Below, piece by piece: positions 40,362 to 50,966 of a stretch of 64,000 bases of DNA (position 1 is the stretch's first letter; each line of letters starts with the position of its first letter). Origin of the DNA: Prolixibacteraceae bacterium (GTDB lineage Bacteria; Bacteroidota; Bacteroidia; Bacteroidales; Prolixibacteraceae); assembly GCA_963676535.2 (NCBI GenBank), contig CAXXKQ010000037.1, positions 15,613-79,612 on the forward strand, given 5' to 3'. The position numbers and the translations under genes are program-made. A model generated the notes under the pieces. The model did no database searches and was not told the DNA's origin. It saw only the letters and a list, made by a program, of their open reading frames with translations.

Positions 40362-43300
40362 ATGATGAACAAAAAAATCAAAAGGAAATCTCTGCTCCAT
40401 CAAATAGTTTTGCAACTGGAGAAAAGAGTCATTTCAAAGCTTTCACTATGTTTGGTTATTTTAATCTTTGTACAGACGACACTGTTCGCACAAACAGGAT
40501 CGAAGTCAGTAACAATCAAAGGCGTTGTAACCACAATTAACTCCGACCCTCTTCAGGGCGTACTGGTACACTTGAAAGGTACTAATGTAAAAACTCTGAC
40601 CAAAGAAGATGGTAAATTTGCGATTCAGGCAAGTCCTAATTCAGCTTTAATTTTTAGTTCTGATGGTTATGTCTCTCAAACGGAGGACCTAAACGGAAGA
40701 ACTGAAATTACGATTCAACTGAAAGAATTTTATGAAGAACGCGAAACAAAAGACTTTGTAAATAAATTGTACGGAAGGCAGAAAGAAGACCATGTATCTT
40801 CAGCCATTTCGCAGATTTATGGAAGTAAGTTTGAAAATAACGCGATAATTTCCAATGCCAATAAGTTGACTGGATTATTGCCCGGGTTGTTTGTTATGCA
40901 GGATAATGGTGAGCCCGGCGATGAAGGAGCTGATCTATGGTTGCGTGGAAAACGGACACTCAGAGGTAAAGGTCCTGTAGTTATTGTTGATGGAGTAGAG
41001 CGGAGTATGGAATTACTTGATCCATCTGACATTGAAACAGTTACTGTATTGAAAGATGCGGCTTCAACTGCCCAGTACGGAATGCGCGGTGGTAATGGAG
41101 TTGTTTTGGTAACAACAAAACGCGGCGAAGAAGGAAAAATAAACGTAACTTTCAATGCAAGGGGTGGAATTAAAGAACCTACCACAACTCCAAAATTTTT
41201 GGACTCTTACGACTATGCGACCCTTTATAACGAAGCACAGCGAAACGACAATCCGGCTCAAACACCCATGTACAATTCTGTTGATCTGGAAAAATATCTT
41301 CAGGCCCGGGATGGAGCACTGACTGGTCTGGACACTTATCTTTACCCGAATGTCGATTGGTATAATGATTATTTAAGGAAATACACCTGGCAACAGCGTT
41401 ACAGCCTGAATATTGACGGTGGAAATAAATATGCAAAATACTTTGTTTCAGCGGGCTATACAAAAAACAACGGACTCTATGACGTTGACAAGACAGTCAA
41501 CCAATACAATACAAATGCCTCGATGGATATGGTTACCCTACGGTCTAACATTGATATTCAGGTGACAAACCGGTTTAAAATGTCATTGGATTTGGCCGGT
41601 AAACAGGAACAACGAACCTATCCTGGTAACAGAGGAGACGCTGCATTACGGGTATTCCGTTCTCTATACAAAACCCCGCCAAATGCTCACCCGGTACTTA
41701 GTCCTGATGGAAAAATTGGTGGAACCAAAGATTATAATTCCAATCCTTATGGCCTTTTGAACTATCAGGGATATTCGTTGTATTATACCCGGAGAATGGC
41801 CGCCACATTAAACCTGGAACACGATCTGGATTTTATCACCGATGGATTAAAAGTCAAGGGAAGTGTTTCTTTTGACAGTTATTACGAGCAAACCACCCTT
41901 CGGAATAAAAGTTTCAAATCGTATCAGATTTCAACTGTTCTCAATGCTGACGGAACCAGAACTCCTGAATATAAAGCTGACGGAACAACCCTGAAATACA
42001 TTGAAACAGGGTCGGATACGCAGATGGGAACAGGAGGAAGTTATGATGACACCCAAAGGCTTATCAATTATGAACTGGCCCTGGATTATTCCAGACAATT
42101 CGGAAAACATGAGGTAACAGCTTTTGCAGGGTTTTCTCAACGGGAGATCGGCCAGGAAAATAATGCCAATTTATCGCGCTTTTACAGAGGATACAACGGA
42201 CGGGTCTCGTATGCTTTCGCAAACAAGTATCTGGCCGAATTTACGGTAGGCTATCAGGCTTCAGAACAAATGCCTCCATGGGCAAAATACACCATCTTCC
42301 CTGCCGGATCAATTGGCTGGGTTGTTTCTGAAGAAAATTTCCTGAAAGAAAGCAACATTGTTAAATTCCTGAAATTACGTGCATCACACGGTTTATCTGG
42401 ATGGGACGATATCGGCGGATACTTTATTTGGTATCAGCAGTTCGCTAGTAGCGGCGGTATCAACTTTGGCAATACAGCAGCCGGTTATTCGGGTTGGAAC
42501 GAAGGCGCATTTGCCCTGAATAATGTGCAACCTGAAAGGGTTCGTAAAACTGATGTGGGGATTGATGTCGTTTTATTTAACGACAAGATTTCTTTCTCGG
42601 GCGATTACTTCATGGAAAGGAACAGCAAAATTATGGTGCAACCCGAATTGCCCTACTCCATGGGTATCCGTTTCCCGGATATGCCTATTGCCATTGTGGA
42701 AAATAAAGGGTTCGACTTTCAACTTAGCTACAACGACAAAATCGGAAAGGTGGAGTATACCGTCACCGGAATTTTATCAAAAGCTGATAATAAAGTCATT
42801 GAAAGAGGTGAGGCAAAAAAAATGTACGAATACCAACAGCGTACAGGAAGGCCTCTTGATCCGGTATTTGGTTTAGTTGCTCTTGGTTTGTTCCAGGATC
42901 AGGCTGAGATAGATGCCAGCCCCATGCAAACTTTTGGTGTAGTTAAACCTGGTGATATTAAATATCAGGATCAAAATGATGACGGGGTAATTGATTCTTA
43001 TGATGAAACTTACCTTGGGCTAAACGCTGACCCAAATATGCAGTACGGTGTTAATCTCAATCTGAAATATAAAGGTTTTGACTTCTCTGCGATGCTTTCC
43101 GGCCAGGAAGGTGGTAAAATTTACATGGGAGGTGAAGCGATGTACGAGTTTCATGACAATGGAACAGTTCGCGAACATCACCTGGGACGATTCAATCCCG
43201 ACGATCCCAATTCATGGGCAACTGCAACTTATCCAAGGTTATCATTGGCAAATAAGGCAAATAACCAACGTACTTCAACCTATTGGGCACGAAGTACCGC

Positions 43301-43514
43301 CCTTACCCGCCTGAAAACTGTAGAGCTTGGATATACCCTTCCGGAACAATTATCCAAATATGTGAAAATGCAGAAAATCAGGTTTTATGTCAACGGGTAT
43401 AACTTATTTACCTGGCAAGACACTGACCTCATGGATATTGAGGCACGAAGCACTCATTATGTGATCTATCCCATCCAACGTATAATCAATGCAGGATTAA
43501 ACGTAACTTTTTAA
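40362..43514 (+). CDS. SusC/RagA-family TonB-dependent transporter (SusC-2)
   Basis: 1050-aa ORF with a CarboxypepD_reg domain, plug (LWLRGKRTLRGKGPVVIVDGVERS) and barrel ending NAGLNVTF. A SusD-like gene follows. Confidence 0.92.
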   Translation: MMNKKIKRKSLLHQIVLQLEKRVISKLSLCLVILIFVQTTLFAQTGSKSVTIKGVVTTINSDPLQGVLVHLKGTNVKTLTKEDGKFAIQASPNSALIFSSDGYVSQTEDLNGRTEITIQLKEFYEERETKDFVNKLYGRQKEDHVSSAISQIYGSKFENNAIISNANKLTGLLPGLFVMQDNGEPGDEGADLWLRGKRTLRGKGPVVIVDGVERSMELLDPSDIETVTVLKDAASTAQYGMRGGNGVVLVTTKRGEEGKINVTFNARGGIKEPTTTPKFLDSYDYATLYNEAQRNDNPAQTPMYNSVDLEKYLQARDGALTGLDTYLYPNVDWYNDYLRKYTWQQRYSLNIDGGNKYAKYFVSAGYTKNNGLYDVDKTVNQYNTNASMDMVTLRSNIDIQVTNRFKMSLDLAGKQEQRTYPGNRGDAALRVFRSLYKTPPNAHPVLSPDGKIGGTKDYNSNPYGLLNYQGYSLYYTRRMAATLNLEHDLDFITDGLKVKGSVSFDSYYEQTTLRNKSFKSYQISTVLNADGTRTPEYKADGTTLKYIETGSDTQMGTGGSYDDTQRLINYELALDYSRQFGKHEVTAFAGFSQREIGQENNANLSRFYRGYNGRVSYAFANKYLAEFTVGYQASEQMPPWAKYTIFPAGSIGWVVSEENFLKESNIVKFLKLRASHGLSGWDDIGGYFIWYQQFASSGGINFGNTAAGYSGWNEGAFALNNVQPERVRKTDVGIDVVLFNDKISFSGDYFMERNSKIMVQPELPYSMGIRFPDMPIAIVENKGFDFQLSYNDKIGKVEYTVTGILSKADNKVIERGEAKKMYEYQQRTGRPLDPVFGLVALGLFQDQAEIDASPMQTFGVVKPGDIKYQDQNDDGVIDSYDETYLGLNADPNMQYGVNLNLKYKGFDFSAMLSGQEGGKIYMGGEAMYEFHDNGTVREHHLGRFNPDDPNSWATATYPRLSLANKANNQRTSTYWARSTALTRLKTVELGYTLPEQLSKYVKMQKIRFYVNGYNLFTWQDTDLMDIEARSTHYVIYPIQRIINAGLNVTF

Positions 43515-43532
43515 TTTTCAAAATTTTATACA

Positions 43533-45368
43533 ATGAAAAGACGAATCAATATATTCCTACTGCTGCTGATCTCAGTAACTTTTTATTATTGCAGCAAGGA
43601 TCCGTTAAGTGATGTTCCGGTTACATTCAAAGGTGCTGCAGATGTATTTCAGGATTCTGCCCGGGCCGAATTTTTCATCAATAATATGGAAACTGAGATG
43701 CCTGCTGATCATGGGAATTCGTATAACAGGATGCAGGGAGGAGCCATGTTGGCTTCAGCTTGTGATGAAGCCATGCATATTTCGACCAATAAAACTGTTC
43801 CATCGGCTCCAACACGAATGAGCGCCGGAAACTGGGGCCCGTCAAATATGCAGTATTACAACAGTAGCGATGGCGCCGGTGAAATAGCATCATGGTTAAA
43901 ATGGGGTGGCTATCACGGTAACCGAAAAGCAAATACGGCCCTTAAATATATCGATATGCTTCCAACGAACCTTTCTGTACGGTTTCGTAACCGGCTCAAA
44001 GGTGAAGCTGTTTTTACAAGAGCCATGCAACACTGGTTCTTATTCCAGAAATGGGGCGGTATCCCGATTGTTGATGTTGCTTATGAAGCATCTGATGATG
44101 TAATCAAACCTCGAAATTCAGTGAAACAGGTTGTTGATTTTATTGTTAAGGAATGTGACCGGGCTGCGTCTTTGTTCCCTGCTGAACCTTATAGTTTTGC
44201 TTCGGAAGTTGGACGTCCTGACAAAGGAGTAGCCTTGTCTCTGAAATCCAGAATTTTGCTTTATGCCGCCAGTCCTTTGTACAACGGAATCGGATTTGAC
44301 AATTCGGGTGATACGTTGATCTGTTACGGTAATGCCGATCCAAACCGGTGGGTTCTTGCCGCAAAAGCTGCCCAGGATGTTGTCGATTTAGGCTGGTACA
44401 GTTTATATGTGGCCAATGACCCGGCAAAACGCAACGGAACAAGAAATTACAAAGAGTTATTTTTTGCCTGGGGTGTAAACTACCAGAATAACAGGGAGTT
44501 TATTTACTCCCGCATCAGGGGAACTAACCGCGATACGGAGAATGATAATTTCCCTTCAGGATTTACGAATGCAAAAGGCGGAACTTGTCCGTCGCAAGAT
44601 CTGGTAGATGCTTACGAAATGGAAGATGGAACCTTGTTTGATTGGACTAATCCGACAATGGCTGCCAATCCTTATGCAAAACGCGATCCACGTCTCTATG
44701 CCAGTATCATTTACAACGGCGCCAAGTATGATAAATTTGCCAACTTTAGTGGTAGCGCTACTAATCAGTACACGTTCGACATTTTTGAAGGCGGGAAAAA
44801 TAAAGCCGGGTTATCGCAAACAGAAACCGGCTATTACCTCATGAAGTTTATGGATTATGAAAATGTCAATCCAGCTAATAATTCGGGTGGAACATATCAT
44901 AACTGGCCTTATTTCCGATATGCTGAAATCCTGTTAAATCTGGCAGAAGCCGGCAATGAGGCCGGTGGTCCAAATTATCAGGTTTCGGGCGCTAGTTCAC
45001 CTCTAACTCCTATTCAGGCCATCAACCTGATCAGGGCAAGAGCCGGGATGCCTGATGTTGCCACCACATTCACTAAAAGGGGAATTGCAGTTACACAGCA
45101 AAATCTCAGACAGTTGATCAAGAACGAAAGAAGAGTAGAGTTGGCTTTCGAAGAACATCGCTATTACGATGTCAGAAGATGGATGGATATTCAGGATGGA
45201 TATATTCGTGGAGTTAAGACGATTAAGAATGCGAATAATACATTCACTTACGATCCAACCATTCAGGCCGAAAAGAAACTTTTCGAACCCAAACACTATT
45301 TCTTCCCAATCCCACAGGGTGAGCTTGACAGAAATCCACTGTTAAGACAAAATCCGGAATGGAAATAA
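43533..45368 (+). CDS. SusD/RagB-family nutrient-binding outer-membrane lipoprotein (SusD-2)
   Basis: 611-aa ORF with a lipobox (TFYYCSKD) and the C-terminal SusD signature IKNERRVELAFEEHRYYDVRRW. Confidence 0.9.
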   Translation: MKRRINIFLLLLISVTFYYCSKDPLSDVPVTFKGAADVFQDSARAEFFINNMETEMPADHGNSYNRMQGGAMLASACDEAMHISTNKTVPSAPTRMSAGNWGPSNMQYYNSSDGAGEIASWLKWGGYHGNRKANTALKYIDMLPTNLSVRFRNRLKGEAVFTRAMQHWFLFQKWGGIPIVDVAYEASDDVIKPRNSVKQVVDFIVKECDRAASLFPAEPYSFASEVGRPDKGVALSLKSRILLYAASPLYNGIGFDNSGDTLICYGNADPNRWVLAAKAAQDVVDLGWYSLYVANDPAKRNGTRNYKELFFAWGVNYQNNREFIYSRIRGTNRDTENDNFPSGFTNAKGGTCPSQDLVDAYEMEDGTLFDWTNPTMAANPYAKRDPRLYASIIYNGAKYDKFANFSGSATNQYTFDIFEGGKNKAGLSQTETGYYLMKFMDYENVNPANNSGGTYHNWPYFRYAEILLNLAEAGNEAGGPNYQVSGASSPLTPIQAINLIRARAGMPDVATTFTKRGIAVTQQNLRQLIKNERRVELAFEEHRYYDVRRWMDIQDGYIRGVKTIKNANNTFTYDPTIQAEKKLFEPKHYFFPIPQGELDRNPLLRQNPEWK

Positions 45369-45455
45369 AATAACGGTGTATTGCAAGAAAGAATTTGAAA
45401 AAAAGGATATGATTCTTGCTTTTATAGGGAGTATATCCGCATAAATTATTCATAC

Positions 45456-48400
45456 ATGAAAAAAATAATCTTAATAATTACCATAGCGCTTTTTGCAAAT
45501 ATTACTCAGATATTTGCGCAGAGTGGAAGAGTCATAACCGGGATCATTTTAGATGAGAATGGATTAGGACTCCCGGGTGCAAATGTTGTTGAGAAAGGCA
45601 CCACAAATGGAGTAATAACAAGTGCCGAAGGAAAATTCTCGATCAAGATGACCACCAGCGTGAAGCAGCTCATCGTGACCTTTATTGGGTATTCCTCTAA
45701 AAGCATTACCTTAGGAACAGGTTCAAACTATGAAATTCGTATGAGCCCGGATGTTACGTCTTTGGAGGAAATGGTTGTTGTAGGGTATGGAACTCAGAAG
45801 AAAGCCAGTCTTGTCGGGGCAATCTCGCAGGTTTCCTCGGTTGAACTTCAACAATCTTCGGCTCCCAGCCTTACCAACAGTCTGGCTGGTCGTGTTGCCG
45901 GGGTGATAACAGTGATGGGAAGCGGAAAACCGGGAAGTGATGATTCGAAAATCTATGTTCGCGGTATGGCCACTACCAACAGTACCGATCCACTGGTACT
46001 GGTTGACGGACTTGAACGTGACTGGAATGAGATTGATCCGGCTGATATTGAATCTCTTTCGGTACTGAAAGATGCTTCGGCGACTGCTGTTTTCGGTGTT
46101 CGCGGGGCCAACGGTGTAATTTTGATTACCACCAAACGTGGTCAAAAAGGGAAGCCGGTGTTCAACATTACTTCCCGGACAACCCTTCAGGCGCCTATCC
46201 GTCTTCCGGAATACCTGGGATCCTACCAGTTTGCCACGCTGACCAACGAAGCCTTACGCAACGAAGGCAAACCCGAAGAATATACCACCAGCGACCTGGA
46301 ACATTATCGTCTGGGCGACTCGCCTTACACGCACCCGGATAATGATTACTACAAGGATTTCCTGAAGAAAACGGCCATGCAGCAGAATGTGAACCTGAGC
46401 GCCAGAGGTGGTACGGATTTCCTTTCTTACTTTATTTCGGCCAGCATTCTTCACCAGGAAGGTTTGTACAAAGAATTCGAGAATACACAATACAATACCA
46501 ATACTAATTATGACCGGTATAATTTCAGGTCGAACCTGGATTTTAACGTTACACCAACCACCAAGGTAGGAGTCGATTTAACCGGTCGGTTGGAAACCAG
46601 GCGCCAGCCAAACTTTGATGCCGACCTGTTCGACAAGACCCGCCGGCTTCCGCCAAATTTTCAGTCGTACATCAACCCGAACGGTACAATTGGTGGGCGT
46701 TCCGACGAAACCCGTTTGGCTCCTTACGCATTACTGTCTTCGTTTGGTAACCGTAGCAGGAACAACAATGTACTGGAAGGTTCGTTTAAATTTGACCAGA
46801 AGCTTGATGCCATGACCAAAGGACTTTCGTTCCGTGCGATGGTTGGATTTAACAGCAGTTTTGAATCGCGGACAGACATCAGCGAAAAGCCTGAATTGTG
46901 GCAATATGACAAGTTTGGTGTTTACACGCTGAACAAGCAGCGGACCGACATCAGCTACAGCACGGGCAAGGGGCCTGGCCGTCGCCGGATATCGGCAGAA
47001 TATTCGCTGAATTACAACCGCACATTTGGTCAGGACCATGCTGTTACCGGTATGGCGCTATACCAGCAGAGCAGGTACTGGAGCGAATTCGATATTCCGA
47101 CTGGTTACATGGGATTTGTAGGCCGTGCCACTTATGCTTACAAATCGCGTTACCTGTTTGAAGTCAACGTTGGGTACAACGGGTCGATGCAATTTGCCAA
47201 AGAGCACCGTTACGGTTTTTTCCCGGCCATGTCGCTGGGATGGGTAACCTCGGACGAACGGTGGTGGAAAGAAAACATTACGTTTATTGATTACCTGAAG
47301 ATCAGGGGTTCTTACGGAGAAGTAGGGAACGACAAGATCGGGGATTTCAAATACCTGTACGAACAGCGCTACAATTTGATGCCCAACGAAGACGGCTGGA
47401 ACATTAAATGGGGCGAAAATGGGGGAACAACCGAGCGTGCGATCGCCGAAGGACAACCCGGGAACGATCGGGTAACCTGGGAAAGGGCCAAGAAATCGAA
47501 CATTGGGTTTGATGCCCGCCTGTTCAATTCGAAACTTTCGGTAACCGCGGACTTTTTCCAGGAACGCCGGGTCGACATTCTGGCCATTCCGTATTCGGTA
47601 CCGCTTGTTTTTGGGATGAACAACCCGCAGAACAGCGAGCGTAAAGACCTCCAGGGTTTGCCACCGGAAAACCTTGGCATCGTGGAGAACAAGGGAGTTG
47701 ATATGGAAATCGGGTACAAAGACAAGATCGGGAATGTAGGTTATTTTGTGAAAGGTAACATTACCTTTGCGCGGAATAAAATCATTCGGATGGATGAAGA
47801 AGGGAAGAAGTACGACTGGCAAAAGAGAGAAGGCAAACGTATTGGTCAGCATTTTGGATTGACCGATATCGGGTTGTACCAGCGTGAAGACTTCCTGATG
47901 GACGAGGGCGGCAACCTGTTACTGGAAGGAGGATATCCTGTACTTAAACCAGGTATCCCGTTGCCCAGCTTCGGGGTTGTTTACCCGGGCGACTGTAAAT
48001 ATGCCGACCTGAATGGCGACGGGCTGATTGACAGTTACGACATGGGTAACATCGGGCATGGAACGGTACCGGAATATACCTACGGCTTGAACCTGGGAGT
48101 ATCGTACAAGAACTTTGATCTTTCGATCCTGTTCCAGGGTGCAGGTAATGCCGATTTCTACTTCAAGGAAGATGCGGTATGGGAGTTCAACGCGATGGGC
48201 AAGGTTATGACCCAGCACCTGGGGCGTTACAATCCTCAGGACCCGTCGACCTGGGCAACAGCCACGTATCCATTGCTTCACCCGGCAGAGAACCCGAATA
48301 ACCACCAGAAGACAACGCGCTGGTTGTTTTCGCGGAACTATCTTCGTTTGAAGAATGCCGAACTGGGGTACAACATGCCGAAGACCCTGACCCAAAAGAT

Positions 48401-48551
48401 TGGTATCTCGGCAACCCGTATCTTTGTGAGCGGGAACAACCTGCTCACCTTCGACAAGATGATGAACTGGGACCCTGAATCGGGCAGCGAGAACGGGAGT
48501 CAGTACCCGCAGCTTCGCCTCTGGAACTTCGGAATTAGCGTAACTTTCTAA
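45456..48551 (+). CDS. SusC/RagA-family TonB-dependent transporter (SusC-3; no STN domain)
   Basis: 1031-aa ORF with a signal peptide and CarboxypepD_reg. Its plug and barrel are nearly identical to SusC-1. SusD-3 follows 11 nt downstream. Confidence 0.92.
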   Translation: MKKIILIITIALFANITQIFAQSGRVITGIILDENGLGLPGANVVEKGTTNGVITSAEGKFSIKMTTSVKQLIVTFIGYSSKSITLGTGSNYEIRMSPDVTSLEEMVVVGYGTQKKASLVGAISQVSSVELQQSSAPSLTNSLAGRVAGVITVMGSGKPGSDDSKIYVRGMATTNSTDPLVLVDGLERDWNEIDPADIESLSVLKDASATAVFGVRGANGVILITTKRGQKGKPVFNITSRTTLQAPIRLPEYLGSYQFATLTNEALRNEGKPEEYTTSDLEHYRLGDSPYTHPDNDYYKDFLKKTAMQQNVNLSARGGTDFLSYFISASILHQEGLYKEFENTQYNTNTNYDRYNFRSNLDFNVTPTTKVGVDLTGRLETRRQPNFDADLFDKTRRLPPNFQSYINPNGTIGGRSDETRLAPYALLSSFGNRSRNNNVLEGSFKFDQKLDAMTKGLSFRAMVGFNSSFESRTDISEKPELWQYDKFGVYTLNKQRTDISYSTGKGPGRRRISAEYSLNYNRTFGQDHAVTGMALYQQSRYWSEFDIPTGYMGFVGRATYAYKSRYLFEVNVGYNGSMQFAKEHRYGFFPAMSLGWVTSDERWWKENITFIDYLKIRGSYGEVGNDKIGDFKYLYEQRYNLMPNEDGWNIKWGENGGTTERAIAEGQPGNDRVTWERAKKSNIGFDARLFNSKLSVTADFFQERRVDILAIPYSVPLVFGMNNPQNSERKDLQGLPPENLGIVENKGVDMEIGYKDKIGNVGYFVKGNITFARNKIIRMDEEGKKYDWQKREGKRIGQHFGLTDIGLYQREDFLMDEGGNLLLEGGYPVLKPGIPLPSFGVVYPGDCKYADLNGDGLIDSYDMGNIGHGTVPEYTYGLNLGVSYKNFDLSILFQGAGNADFYFKEDAVWEFNAMGKVMTQHLGRYNPQDPSTWATATYPLLHPAENPNNHQKTTRWLFSRNYLRLKNAELGYNMPKTLTQKIGISATRIFVSGNNLLTFDKMMNWDPESGSENGSQYPQLRLWNFGISVTF
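45772..48551. repeat. direct repeat copy B (2,780 bp), near-identical to 37274..40053
   Basis: See copy A. About 18 amino-acid differences over about 890 aligned residues, by manual comparison of the two translations. Confidence 0.9.
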
Positions 48552-48562
48552 TAAAAATAGAT

Positions 48563-50440
48563 ATGAAAAAGATATTTTATTTACTCATAATATTAGCCGG
48601 ATGGCTCTCAGCTTGTAATGAAGATGGGGCTGGCTTACTTGACAAAGCAGAATCGGGAGATTTAAGCGAAGAAATAGTTTTTTCGAACTCCCTTTATACC
48701 AAACAATTTTTGACTGATATTTACCGTAGGTTGCCTTATGGCTGGGATAATAATGTTTACCTGGATGCAGCAACTGACGATGGAGAAACCCGCCCATGGT
48801 GGGGTTGGGTAAATCAGGTTCATAACGGTGCATGGAATCCGACAAACGTTCCGGATAAATTTAAAAGGTGGGCCGATTATTATGCTGCCATTCGGGCCTG
48901 TAACCTGTTTTTATCAAAAATTGACAATGCTCCGCTTGACCCGGAACAATATCTGAATTCTGAACAGGTGCGTGAACGTATGAAATACGAAGCAGTTTGT
49001 TTAAGGGCGTTTTATTATACCGAGCTGGTTCGTTGGTACGGTGGCGTTCCAATTATCACCAAAGTACTGGATAGGGATTCTCCGGAACTTTATAGTCCAA
49101 GAGCCAATCTTCAGGAAATCAAAGATTTTATTGTTGCCGATTGTGATGCTGCTGCTGCTCACTTGCCATCAAAGCAAGTGAGTTCTGACTATCACCGTGT
49201 AGGAGCTGCTGTTGCCAAAGCTATCAAAGCGAGGTTGTTGTTGCATCTGGCAAGTCCATTATTCAATTCAACGGCAAATTCAACAGAGTTAAATGCCTGG
49301 AGTTGGGGAAATTTTGATGCCAATCGTTGGAAAGAAGCAGCCGATGCTGCCAGAGACCTGATCGATTACAAAGATCCGATAACCAATGCTTTGGTTTCAA
49401 GCCTGGTGGTTCTTCCACAACAGAGCAGTACTTATCTGAATGCCCGAAACTCTTATCCAGGGTCGTTGAAAGCATTTGGTTTCTATTCGGTTTTTGTAAC
49501 CCGCATAAACAGCGAAATAATCCTTAATTTCTCCAGAAAGGGTGCCACCACCAATGAAATTGATAAATGGCAGTTGCCCGGGTCAATACAGACTGAAGGC
49601 GACAAATCCTATACACTGCCTACTTATAACTACGCTGCAGCATTTGAAACGAAAGATGGAATTCCGGTTTATCTGACTGACGATGATGGACAATACATCA
49701 TCGACCCGGTGACTAAAGAGTTTAAAATTAATCCGGCTGCGAATTTCAATCCGCAGGATCCTTATGCCAATCGCGATTCTCGTTTTTATCATTCAATCTG
49801 GTATCAGGGATCAAAATTCAGCAATTGTACCTTCGAATGCTGGAGGGCAAACGATGGCTCTTTCGGGAGGGAATATCAGGTAGGCTATGCCATGACCGGA
49901 ATATTTTTGCGTAAATTTATGGATCCAAAGAATATTTCAACAGGGAAAAATGATCCTGGAATATTGTCAGGGGGAACTTCACATTGTTTCCCGATTTTCC
50001 GGTTGGCCGAGTTTAACTTGGGTTATGCTGAAGCAATGAACGAATACCTTCCTGATGGAGCCGATCGTTCAAGTGTAATCGCCGAACTCGATAAAATCAG
50101 GCTTCGTTCAGATATGCCGGATGTAAAAACAACAGCTACCCGGAATGGATGGAGTGTTACAGACAAAAAAGCTATGCGCAAATTTATCCGGAATGAACGG
50201 AGGGTGGAACTTGCATTCGAAGAACACCGCTTCTTCGATATTCGCAGGTGGATGATTGGAGAAAGTACACAAAAGGTAATTTATGTCCACGATGTAGTTA
50301 AAGACAAAGCTACTGGGACATTTAATTATTCAGTTAAAGTTTGGGAAAAACGTATTTACGAATCACGGCACAATTTATTGCCAATTCCTCAATCTGAGAT
50401 TAATAATAATACCAATATGATCCAAAACCCAGGCTGGTAA
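48563..50440 (+). CDS. SusD/RagB-family nutrient-binding outer-membrane lipoprotein (SusD-3)
   Basis: 625-aa ORF with a lipobox (WLSACNED) and C-terminal IRNERRVELAFEEHRFFDIRRW. Confidence 0.9.
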   Translation: MKKIFYLLIILAGWLSACNEDGAGLLDKAESGDLSEEIVFSNSLYTKQFLTDIYRRLPYGWDNNVYLDAATDDGETRPWWGWVNQVHNGAWNPTNVPDKFKRWADYYAAIRACNLFLSKIDNAPLDPEQYLNSEQVRERMKYEAVCLRAFYYTELVRWYGGVPIITKVLDRDSPELYSPRANLQEIKDFIVADCDAAAAHLPSKQVSSDYHRVGAAVAKAIKARLLLHLASPLFNSTANSTELNAWSWGNFDANRWKEAADAARDLIDYKDPITNALVSSLVVLPQQSSTYLNARNSYPGSLKAFGFYSVFVTRINSEIILNFSRKGATTNEIDKWQLPGSIQTEGDKSYTLPTYNYAAAFETKDGIPVYLTDDDGQYIIDPVTKEFKINPAANFNPQDPYANRDSRFYHSIWYQGSKFSNCTFECWRANDGSFGREYQVGYAMTGIFLRKFMDPKNISTGKNDPGILSGGTSHCFPIFRLAEFNLGYAEAMNEYLPDGADRSSVIAELDKIRLRSDMPDVKTTATRNGWSVTDKKAMRKFIRNERRVELAFEEHRFFDIRRWMIGESTQKVIYVHDVVKDKATGTFNYSVKVWEKRIYESRHNLLPIPQSEINNNTNMIQNPGW

Positions 50441-50472
50441 ACTAATAAAGTAACAAATAACATTAATGAGTT

Positions 50473-50877
50473 ATGACAAAGATATATAGGATATTATTAG
50501 TTTTAGTCTTCTTTGCGGCATTAGGATGCCAGAAAGATGACTTCTTTGACAAGTTTCCTCCGGAAATCATGTTTTTCCAGAACACTAAGGTTGAAAATGC
50601 CAACTTTACTGAAATTACTCTGCCTCAGACTACCACGGAATATTTGGTTAAAGCCAGGGTCAGTGCTCCTTTTAAATTGAAAGAGATTAAAATTTTCGTA
50701 ATTTCGGGGAGTAATGAGACTTTAGTGAATACCATTACTAGTTTTGGAAATACTCCAAATGAATTTTATGTGTATCAAAACATCACTGGAATTTCTGGAA
50801 CCACCGAGGTCAAATTTGTTGCATGGGATATGGATGGACGGGAAACCACCAAGAGTTTCAAAATTTTAATTAATTGA
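50473..50877 (+). CDS. small PUL-associated lipoprotein (hypothetical; possible surface glycan-binding protein)
   Basis: 134-aa ORF with a lipobox (AALGCQKDD). The beta-rich sequence sits immediately after SusD-3. Confidence 0.6.
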   Translation: MTKIYRILLVLVFFAALGCQKDDFFDKFPPEIMFFQNTKVENANFTEITLPQTTTEYLVKARVSAPFKLKEIKIFVISGSNETLVNTITSFGNTPNEFYVYQNITGISGTTEVKFVAWDMDGRETTKSFKILIN

Positions 50878-50966
50878 TAGGTGCGGTTCAAATAGCAAGT
50901 CGTGCCTGATTGACAAGTACGGCTTGCTATTAACCTAAACCAACTAAAACAAATAAAGTAACACTC

